Position numbers and translations under genes: made by a program. The notes below the pieces were generated by a model. It worked only from the letters and a program-made list of their open reading frames with translations, was not told where the DNA came from and did no database searches. Positions 15,568-22,371 of a DNA stretch of 32,000 nucleotides are shown piece by piece. Every line of letters starts with the position of its first letter. Position 1 is the stretch's first letter. This DNA is from Geotalea daltonii FRC-32. Lineage in GTDB: Bacteria; Desulfobacterota; Desulfuromonadia; Geobacterales; Geobacteraceae. The DNA lies in NCBI RefSeq assembly GCF_000022265.1, contig NC_011979.1:2700001-2732000 (forward strand), read 5' to 3'.

Positions 15568-17283
15568 ATGCATGATAATTTGAGTGAGCTGCCCATAACG
15601 GATGATACACCCATAAACCTTAAGGAAAACACTTGCCCGACCCGTGAACAACGGTTGTCGGTCGCCATAAACGCCTATTACGGTACCATGAGCGATCTGG
15701 TCAAGGGGACTCGTGAAAAGAGCCTCGTTCAGCCGGACCGCTGTTTTGAACAGTCTGGGAACTGCCTTCTGGCTCTTAATGCCCAACGGCTCATCAGCAT
15801 TCGCGATTCCGTGCTCCTGTTTCACTCACCCATAGGGTGTGCAGCAGGCCAGCACAGCAGTCACGAACTCTTTCAGCATATTCCCATCGAGCAGGGGCGA
15901 CCTGCCGATCTGGGTTTTTTCCATGCGGTCAGCACCAATCTGACTGACAGCGATGTGGTTTTCGGCGGCGGCGAGAAGCTGGTCGCCGCCCTCAAGGAAG
16001 CTGACCGGCGCTATTCGCCCCGGGCCATTTTTGTCGTCACCTCCTGTGCCTCCGGTATCATCGGCGACGACCTGGAAGGGGCTGTCAATGAGGCCCAGCC
16101 GCACGTTAAGGCAAAGATCGTCCCCTGTCACACCGAAGGATTCCGTTCCCGTGTAACGCAGACCGGCTACGATGCCTTCTGGCACGGGGTTCTCAAGTAT
16201 CTGGTGCGAAAGGACCTGCCGAGAGAGAAGGATCTGGTGAACGTTACCAACATGTTCTCCTACACCTGGATGGACAAGATCGAAATAAACCGGCTCCTCA
16301 CCAAGCTGGGGCTCAGGGTCAATTTCATACCCGAATTCGCCTCGGTGGAAGATCTGGAGCGGATGGGGGCTGCAGCGGTGACCGCGCCGATCTGCCCGAC
16401 ATTCGCCGACTATCTGATGCGGGGGCTGGATGAGCACTTCGGCGTTCCCTATTTCAACGACGTAATCCCCTTCGGCATCAAAAAGACCGACGAGTGGCTC
16501 CGCAGGATCGCCAGCTATACGGGCAAGGAAAAGGAGGTGGAGGAGCTCATCAAGGAGGAGCACGCCACCTACATCCCGAAGGTGGACAAAATCCGGCAGG
16601 GGTTGGAGGACATCCGCAGGCGGATGGTGGCAAAAGGGACCAAGAAGGAGGGGGAGAAGCTGACCGCCATCGGTGCGGTCGGCCAGGGCCGCGTCATCGG
16701 GCATGCCGTATTCCTGGAAGAGCTGGGTTTGGAAGTCGCAGCTGCTTGCGCCATTGATTACGATTCCCTCATCGCCGATTCCTTTGATTCCCTGGTCAAG
16801 GAAGTGGGTGATTTCATCGTTCTCGTCTCAACTTTCCAGGCTGCTGACTACGCTAATCTCTTTGCCAGGCTCAAGCCGGACCTTTCCCTCCAGGCCCCCT
16901 TCAAGGGGGGTGTAATCAAGACCGCCCACACCATTGGAACCATCCATTGGCTCAGGGGCCACAATCATCCTTCACAGGTTCAAGCCGGTTATGCCGGCGC
17001 CGTCGGATACGGGGATATGGTCCTGCGGAGTTTCCAGAACACTGCACTGACCAAGCTGCTTGCCGACTTCGATGACTCCCCCTACAAGGATTGGTGGTAC
17101 AAAGCCGATCCGCTGCATTATGTGAAGGGAAGGGACGAGATCTTCAAGTCCAACCCTCTAACAATACCGGATGATCCGGATCACGGTCACGAACATGATG
17201 ATCACCGTCATCACGACCACGGCCACACCCACAGCCATGGTCACGACCACGGTCAGGATCATGCTCACGGCCACAAGCATTAA
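15568..17283 (+). CDS. NifD-like subunit, copy 2, with C-terminal His-rich tail
   Basis: Paralog of the 5873 gene; long blocks are identical by eye (LGLRVNFIPEF, AAVTAP.CP, TDEWLR.IA.YTGKEKEVE). Ligand-type blocks: SGNCLLAL, HSPIGCAAG, TSCASGIIGDDLEG, TAPICPTF, TIHWLRGH. The tail is HGHEHDDHRHHDHGHTHSHGHDHGQDHAHGHKH. Confidence 0.85.
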   Translation: MHDNLSELPITDDTPINLKENTCPTREQRLSVAINAYYGTMSDLVKGTREKSLVQPDRCFEQSGNCLLALNAQRLISIRDSVLLFHSPIGCAAGQHSSHELFQHIPIEQGRPADLGFFHAVSTNLTDSDVVFGGGEKLVAALKEADRRYSPRAIFVVTSCASGIIGDDLEGAVNEAQPHVKAKIVPCHTEGFRSRVTQTGYDAFWHGVLKYLVRKDLPREKDLVNVTNMFSYTWMDKIEINRLLTKLGLRVNFIPEFASVEDLERMGAAAVTAPICPTFADYLMRGLDEHFGVPYFNDVIPFGIKKTDEWLRRIASYTGKEKEVEELIKEEHATYIPKVDKIRQGLEDIRRRMVAKGTKKEGEKLTAIGAVGQGRVIGHAVFLEELGLEVAAACAIDYDSLIADSFDSLVKEVGDFIVLVSTFQAADYANLFARLKPDLSLQAPFKGGVIKTAHTIGTIHWLRGHNHPSQVQAGYAGAVGYGDMVLRSFQNTALTKLLADFDDSPYKDWWYKADPLHYVKGRDEIFKSNPLTIPDDPDHGHEHDDHRHHDHGHTHSHGHDHGQDHAHGHKH

Positions 17284-17309
17284 AAGAATATAAAGGAGAT
17301 GCAAATTAC

Positions 17310-18683
17310 ATGACTGCGACAAATGTACTGAAATTTACCGATGAAGACGAGCGCATTGCCGCTCTTGATCCCAAGGACCGTCCCTTGCAGGAGACACCTC
17401 GCCATACGTGCGCCTTGGGCGGCGCGTTTGTGGCAGCTACCGCCGTGTCAGGGGTGATGCCGATCCTCCATTCGGGAGGAGGATGCGGCTGGTCCAATTT
17501 CTTCGGCTTTATCGGCGCCAGCGGCGGCGGGCAGATCGGCGACGGCGGTGCATTGACTACCCCCTGTTCGACCCTGCTGGAAAAGCATGTGGTCTTCGGC
17601 GGTGAGGAAAGGCTGCGCGACCAGATCGCTTCGACCATGGAACTTATGAACGGGGACCTGTTCGTCACGGTGTCGGGTTGTATCCCGGCGCTTATCGGTG
17701 ACGATGTTGAAGGGGTCGTCTCCGAATTCAGGAAACCGGAATACCCTCCCATCATTAACGTCAAATCATCGGGATTCAACGGGACCTCCTACGATGGCTA
17801 CGACCTGTTCCTGGATGCGGTTATCGACCAGTATCTGGAAGAGCGACCGGTCCGGAAAGGCTTGGTAAACATCCTCGGTATCCAGCCCTGCCAGCACATA
17901 TTCTGGAAGGGAGACCTGGATCTTTTCAAGACCAACCTGGATGCCATCGGTCTGGAGACCAACCAGATCTTCGGCGGCAGATACGGTGTTGAAGGGCTGA
18001 AGAATATTCCGGCCGCCCAGTTGAACATTGTCCTCAGTCCCTGGCAGGGTTTGAAAGCCGCGGAAAAACTCAAGGAGAAATACGGCACCCCCTATATCGT
18101 CTATCCTGGGTTGCCCATGGGCCCCAAGGAAATGACCCGCTTTCTGCGTACGGTGGCCGAACATCTGGATGTGGAACAGGAGCGCCTGGATAAATGGATC
18201 AGGAAGCAGACAGAGATTGCCTACGACGACTTCAATCTGATTGCCACGGCTCTATATACCGGGTTTTGCAACGTTCACTTCGCGGTCGTCGCGGAATCGA
18301 ATATGGCCATCGGGTTGGTCAGGTACCTGACCAATGAATGCGGCCTGCTTCCCAGTGTGGTGGTCGTGACCGACAATCCCCCTGCAGAAGTGCGTGACCT
18401 CATCACCGACAGGCTCACCAATGGACTCGAAGGCATAATCGTTCCCGACGTCTACTTCGAGAACGATACCTACCTGATTCACAAGAGACTGACGAAATAC
18501 ACTTTCATGCTCCTTTTCGCCAGCTCCATGGAAAAGTACGCTGCCAGCAAGTACATGGCCGGCCATCACACGATTTCTTTTCCCGCCTTTGACCGGGTTA
18601 TCCTCAAGCGCACCTATGCCGGGTTCGGGGGAGGAAATATCCTCCTGGAAGACCTGTTCAGCAAATTCGCCAGGCCGTTCTAA
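17310..18683 (+). CDS. NifK-like subunit, copy 2
   Basis: Blocks HTCALGGAF, HSGGGCG and VSGCIPALIGDD parallel copy 1. AAAGGAGA RBS upstream. Confidence 0.85.
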   Translation: MTATNVLKFTDEDERIAALDPKDRPLQETPRHTCALGGAFVAATAVSGVMPILHSGGGCGWSNFFGFIGASGGGQIGDGGALTTPCSTLLEKHVVFGGEERLRDQIASTMELMNGDLFVTVSGCIPALIGDDVEGVVSEFRKPEYPPIINVKSSGFNGTSYDGYDLFLDAVIDQYLEERPVRKGLVNILGIQPCQHIFWKGDLDLFKTNLDAIGLETNQIFGGRYGVEGLKNIPAAQLNIVLSPWQGLKAAEKLKEKYGTPYIVYPGLPMGPKEMTRFLRTVAEHLDVEQERLDKWIRKQTEIAYDDFNLIATALYTGFCNVHFAVVAESNMAIGLVRYLTNECGLLPSVVVVTDNPPAEVRDLITDRLTNGLEGIIVPDVYFENDTYLIHKRLTKYTFMLLFASSMEKYAASKYMAGHHTISFPAFDRVILKRTYAGFGGGNILLEDLFSKFARPF

Positions 18684-18728
18684 GGTGCCCGGCATCAAAT
18701 CATGGAAAAAACCTATGGAGAGCCGATC

Positions 18729-19112
18729 ATGAGCTGGGTACGGGTTGCCGTCGCCTCGACGGACGGAATAGCAATCGACCAGTCACTACAGGAGGTCTCT
18801 TCCTTCAGCATTTATGATGTAGCTGTGGAGGGCCCCCGGTTCGTGGAAACACGCAAGGCAGCCGGGGCCTCTGCTTTGCCCGGCCCTGGCGGGGAGCCAA
18901 CCGGCCTGTCCATGGATGAATTTCTGGATATCATCTCCGATTGCTCACTCCTGGTTGTAAGGTCTTTGGGAGTTGAAGCCGGGGGGAAGATACAGATCGG
19001 GTGGCTGACCGTCTATGAGGCAGATATGCAGGTTGAAAAGGCATTGAAGAGGTTTTCCAGCAGTCCCCTGATCAAAAACTTGTTTGGGAATAAAGCAGAC
19101 CCAACCGATTGA
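18729..19112 (+). CDS. NifX/NafY/NifB-C-terminal-like cofactor-binding domain protein
   Basis: VRVAVASTDGIAIDQSLQEVSSFSIYDV..., then a central DC (IISDCSLLVV), then GVEAGGKI. This is the dinitrogenase Fe-Mo-cofactor-binding domain pattern. ATG 18729 has GGAGAG 6 nt upstream; the alternative start is ATG 18702. Confidence 0.7.
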   Translation: MSWVRVAVASTDGIAIDQSLQEVSSFSIYDVAVEGPRFVETRKAAGASALPGPGGEPTGLSMDEFLDIISDCSLLVVRSLGVEAGGKIQIGWLTVYEADMQVEKALKRFSSSPLIKNLFGNKADPTD

Positions 19113-19198
19113 TCTGGGTTGCCATGAACCGGGCAAGTCAATTTTGCCGATGACTTAGGTCCGGTGCGATCTTTTCGGTATGGGGTGGAGAGCATTTC

Positions 19199-19621
19199 AT
19201 GAACGATATATTGATGGTCATTCAAACGATGGTATTTGCTGTTCATTGGCTGCCCGTCATTGTCGTGACGGCGCTGTCGCTTGTCGTCGCGGCCATATGG
19301 CATTTACCTTTTCTGTTCGGGAACACCTGGGAAAGGGAAGTCAATCCGGAAGGGACCGAACGAAAGATCAACAAGCCCTTTGTTTTAGGCGTTTCGGGTA
19401 TATTGCACTTCATCGCCTTCACCAATGTGAGCCTGGTTGTCGCCGGTCAAGGATGGAGGTCAGGTTTGCTGACTGCGTTGATGATCAGCCTTGTCTGGAT
19501 CGTTACCGCTTTGGGAGCTATTTACTTTTTCGCCGGACGCTCCTGGCGTCTATTCGCCATCGATGCGGGGCTGTACGTGGTCGTATTCTCTCTTGCTGGA
19601 CTGGTGCTGGGGGCGTGGTAA
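19199..19621 (+). CDS. DUF1761-like small integral membrane protein
   Basis: 140 aa with 4 predicted hydrophobic helices. The N-terminal W-x-P/LPFLFGNTW motif and the C-terminal ...GLVLGAW resemble DUF1761 as I recall it. Confidence 0.55.
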   Translation: MNDILMVIQTMVFAVHWLPVIVVTALSLVVAAIWHLPFLFGNTWEREVNPEGTERKINKPFVLGVSGILHFIAFTNVSLVVAGQGWRSGLLTALMISLVWIVTALGAIYFFAGRSWRLFAIDAGLYVVVFSLAGLVLGAW

Positions 19622-19660
19622 AGCAGTTTACCCTCTGCGCAGCTTGAGCATGACATTTAA

Positions 19661-19802
19661 CAGGTTGTTGAAAAACGTGATGAGGAGGTCGGGATGCAAG
19701 GCTCAAGTGAAGGAGGGAGCGAAACGTACTGTGATGTACGTTGAGTTTCCGAGTGAGCGGCAACACAGCAGACCGGCCCCGCAATAGTTTTTCAACAGCC
19801 TG
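19661..19802 (+). other. Unassigned structured 5' leader upstream of the SsuA-like gene
   Basis: A 16-bp closing helix CAGGTTGTTGAAAAAC (19661-19676) / GTTTTTCAACAGCCTG (19787-19802), with one G-U pair, encloses ~110 nt. The enclosed region contains an internal 7-bp hairpin AACGTAC-tgtgat-GTACGTT. It lies in a 227-nt intergenic gap. Confidence 0.35.
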
Positions 19803-19848
19803 TTTGAGGAGCCCATTGGGCTTGCGGAGCAAAGAAGGAGGATTAAAC

Positions 19849-20889
19849 ATGCCGGGATTCATGAACAAAGCCATCAGGATTGTAGCAATTGCCATTGCCC
19901 TGTCGTCAGTTGCGAGCTTGCTGGGGGCATGCAAGAAAGAGACTAAAGGGGCAACCGTCGGCGATGGGCTGTTCCCGATCAAAGCCATCACCAGGAAAGA
20001 CTGCTCACTTGCACCCTGGCTGGTGACCGAAAAACTCGGTTTCTTTGCACAGGAGGGGATCAGGATTGTCTACACCGGTGAAACACAGCCCGCTCTGGTC
20101 CTCCCTTCTGTATTGAAGGGGGATAACGACGTGGCCGGCGACCACCCCAACGCCCTGGCGGTGGCCAAAGCCGGAGGGGCGAAGATCACCGGTGTGGTGC
20201 GCAGCGGCATAGACCCTGCTCCAGACCTTAATCCGGAACTGCGCCACATGTTCTGGTACGTAAACCCTGAGAAATATCCCGATGTCAAATCCTTTGCGGA
20301 TTTGAAGAAGTTGCCGGGCAAACTCAAATTCTCCACCATCACCAACAACATCTGTTCGGACTTCCTGGCCAACAGGATCGCCGATAAAAACGGGATTCCG
20401 AGGGATAAATTCGAATGGGTGACGATGCCTGACGTTCAGGCGATCCAGGCACTGAAACAGGGGTTGGTGGACGTGGCCGGTGTACATCCACCCTTCTACA
20501 AGCCAATGGTAATTTCCGGAGCGCGCAAAATTTCGGATTCATTGGAAACAGGCCTGGGTCCCTCAGCAGGCGTTAGTTTTACCTATTTTCGGGACGATTT
20601 CATAGAGAAACACCCGGATGTGGTCCGTGGTTTCATCCGGGCCATGGGCCGGGGAGGGGCATGGATCAATGACCATCCCGAAATGGCCGCCAAATGGACT
20701 TCGGAGGCGATTGGGGTGCCTGTGACCGGCAACCATTATTACTCACCCAAAAATGACATCCTGGAGAGCGAGATCGAGCCATGGATTCAAGACCTGGAGG
20801 AGCATAAGGTGATCCCTCGCGGCAAAGTCAAGCCCTCTGACCTGGTGTCTCACCAGTTCGAGACGCACGAGGTTTACTCGTGGAAATAA
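19849..20889 (+). CDS. NMT1/SsuA/TauA-family ABC-transporter substrate-binding lipoprotein (orphan)
   Basis: ATG 19849 is preceded by AAGGAGG (19834-19840). Lipobox SLLGAC/KK. The body has the two-lobe SBP pattern of the NitT/TauT family. The ORF-track start at 19741 is rejected. No permease or ATPase gene is adjacent. Confidence 0.7.
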   Translation: MPGFMNKAIRIVAIAIALSSVASLLGACKKETKGATVGDGLFPIKAITRKDCSLAPWLVTEKLGFFAQEGIRIVYTGETQPALVLPSVLKGDNDVAGDHPNALAVAKAGGAKITGVVRSGIDPAPDLNPELRHMFWYVNPEKYPDVKSFADLKKLPGKLKFSTITNNICSDFLANRIADKNGIPRDKFEWVTMPDVQAIQALKQGLVDVAGVHPPFYKPMVISGARKISDSLETGLGPSAGVSFTYFRDDFIEKHPDVVRGFIRAMGRGGAWINDHPEMAAKWTSEAIGVPVTGNHYYSPKNDILESEIEPWIQDLEEHKVIPRGKVKPSDLVSHQFETHEVYSWK

Positions 20890-20931
20890 AAGGGCTGATA
20901 AATCATTTCATTACTGAAAGGAGACTATCCA

Positions 20932-21243
20932 ATGGCATTGGAAGAAAAAGTTCGTGAGCTTATCGCAGTAGGCGCGTCTATCGCCGCAAACAACCCCCCG
21001 GAGGTGAAATATCATATCATTCGTGCCCGTGAGTTGGGGGCCGACGATGCGGCACTCAACGATGCAGTCGATATCGGGAAGCAGGTGCGCCGCGGTGCCG
21101 CATCAAAGACAGACGCCTTTGCCTTGAGTCTGGCAACGACCCCGGTGCAGCGGGAGAGGGGCGGCTGCCGCAAAGGTGGTGGCGGACGCGGAAACGGCCA
21201 GGGAGACGGCTGCGGATGCAATGGGCAGAAAGCGGAACAGTAG
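20932..21243 (+). CDS. Carboxymuconolactone-decarboxylase (CMD/AhpD-like) family small protein lacking the CxxC motif, with a Gly/Cys-rich tail
   Basis: ELIAVGASIAANNPPEVKYHI..ARELGADDAALNDAVDIGKQVRRGAASK fits the short CMD-domain pattern, but N and E occupy the usual Cys positions. The tail is GGCRKGGGGRGNGQGDGCGCNG. Confidence 0.6.
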   Translation: MALEEKVRELIAVGASIAANNPPEVKYHIIRARELGADDAALNDAVDIGKQVRRGAASKTDAFALSLATTPVQRERGGCRKGGGGRGNGQGDGCGCNGQKAEQ

Positions 21244-21292
21244 TAGCTGCCGGTGAGGGTTCAGCCGAAGGAAGGTTTATCTGACCATCACA

Positions 21293-22069
21293 ATGCAGCC
21301 AACCGATGAAAGGATACGACAAGTGAAAGAGCCATATTTAGACCAGATTCGTACCGCTGTTCGTCAAAGATACGATGCGGTAGCGCGATCCCCCAGGCCG
21401 CTGTTTCAATACCCCACCGGCCGTGAGGGGATGCTGAAGTTGGGCTATGGGGAAGAGTTCATTGATTCGTTGCCGGCGTCGGTGGCGGAATCGTTCTGCG
21501 GTGTGGGTAATCCCTTACTGGCAGGAAAGATCCGGCCAGGGGAGACTGTACTTGATGTGGGGTGCGGGGCTGGAGTCGATATTATTCGTGCGGCCGGTTT
21601 GGCCGGTCCTGACGGCAAAGTTTACGGGGTGGACCTGACTTCTTCCATGGTAGAAAGAGCGGCAGATAACATCAAGAAGATGCAGATTGCCAATGCATGG
21701 GCGGAGGAGGGCGCTGCAGAGTCGCTGCCGTTTCCGGATAAAATCTTCGATGTCGTGACCTCCAACGGTGTGCTGAATCTCTCCCCCGAAAAGAGGGACT
21801 GGCTAGGGGAAATCCATCGCGTGCTCAAGCCTGGCGGCAGATTATACCTTGCAGATATGATTCTGGAGGATGGAATGGCAGGAGAGTCTCCAAACAACCT
21901 CGATGCCTGGTCTGCTTGAATTGGCGGCGCCATCCCCGGGCGGGATGTTGAAAGGCTTCTGTGGGAAACCGGGTTCCTGGACATAAAAAGTCTCGGCACC
22001 AGCGGCTTCAGGACTTCCCCGAAAACAATCGGAGCAGTATTCGGTGCAACTAGGGTCTGTCGGACTTAG
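21293..22069 (+). CDS. ArsM/UbiE-like SAM-dependent methyltransferase, candidate selenoprotein (in-frame TGA at 21917-21919 read as Sec)
   Basis: SAM motif VLDVGCGAGVD plus LKPGGRLYLADMI. The ORF track stops at TGA after ..LDAWSA. The same frame continues as IGGAIPGRDVERLLWETGFLDIK... to TAG 22067-22069. The TGA lies where ArsM-type enzymes have the conserved Cys of the W/Y-x-G-C-I-x-G-A block. The start is uncertain (ATG 21293, or GTG 21323 with a better RBS). Confidence 0.55.
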
Positions 22070-22215
22070 AATGAATCGGCTGCGAAAATGGCAAATCGGT
22101 CTGGATCTCCGTAAATTTTCGACAAATAGGTCCACTATTCGCTCTCAAATTTCCAAATATCCGTCCTCGATTTTCCATTCTCTCGCTTCGATCCCTAAGT
22201 CCGACAGACTCCTAG
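22050..22215. repeat. ~166-bp element bounded by 20-bp inverted repeats (MITE-like or long hairpin)
   Basis: CTAGGGTCTGTCGGACTTAG (22050-22069) versus CTAAGTCCGACAGACTCCTAG (22195-22215). This is a 15-bp perfect core plus a 5-bp extension with one bulged base, with an AT-richer interior. The left arm encodes the last residues and the stop of the methyltransferase. Confidence 0.45.
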
Positions 22216-22294
22216 AAATAGATTATGGTCTGGAAATTCATGGTCCTGGTTTTCTTACAGCCTTTCCGAATAAGGTGTTAGTGCCCATGAACTG

Positions 22295-22328
22295 CTCGAC
22301 CCTTCCACTTGAACGGGGAAGGGTCGAG
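22295..22328. terminator. 12-bp perfect hairpin between convergent transcription units (no U-tract)
   Basis: CTCGACCCTTCC (22295-22306) / GGAAGGGTCGAG (22317-22328), 10-nt loop. It lies 44 nt beyond the stop of the minus-strand gene. Confidence 0.35.
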
Positions 22329-22371
22329 GCAGCTAAAGGCGCATCAATGGTACGCGGGGCTGGTCCCATTC

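Noticed and set aside
17173-17283. The His-rich tail as an assembly artefact or a simple-sequence repeat artefact
   Set aside because: The nucleotide sequence is not a perfect short tandem repeat: CAC and CAT codons are mixed and interspersed with GGT, GAC, ACC and AGC. The frame also ends at a normal TAA followed by the RBS of the next gene.
1561-19112. Whether this is a genuine N2-fixing nif/vnf/anf operon
   Set aside because: There are no nifE/N, nifV, nifQ or nifS/U-type genes. NifB lacks the fused NifX domain. The K-like subunits are short (441-457 aa). The neighbours are sulfur-assimilation genes (Rrf2, sbp, cysK, SsuA-like). All of this fits the nitrogenase-like (group IV / Mar-type) families better, but a phylogeny is still needed.
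19661-19802. Assigning the SsuA-like leader to the TPP, guanidine-I (ykkC), SAM-I or cobalamin riboswitch class
   Set aside because: The conserved cores I remember (CUGAGA for TPP, GGGUUCCG...GGUCCGAGAG...ACACGG for ykkC, the SAM-I kink-turn/junction, the B12 box) are absent or only loosely matched. It is reported only as an unassigned structure.
20932-21243. A third selenoprotein (the CMD-like gene next to the methyltransferase)
   Set aside because: There is no in-frame TGA. The CxxC columns are occupied by ordinary Asn and Glu codons.
21917-21919. Treating the TGA in the methyltransferase (and the one at 31084-31086) as ordinary stops or as pseudogene lesions
   Set aside because: This is not fully excluded. 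However, both TGAs fall on conserved Cys columns, homology-like sequence continues in frame, and each is followed by a 17-nt hairpin at an identical 11-nt spacing. Sec decoding is therefore the better reading, pending evidence for selABCD in the genome.
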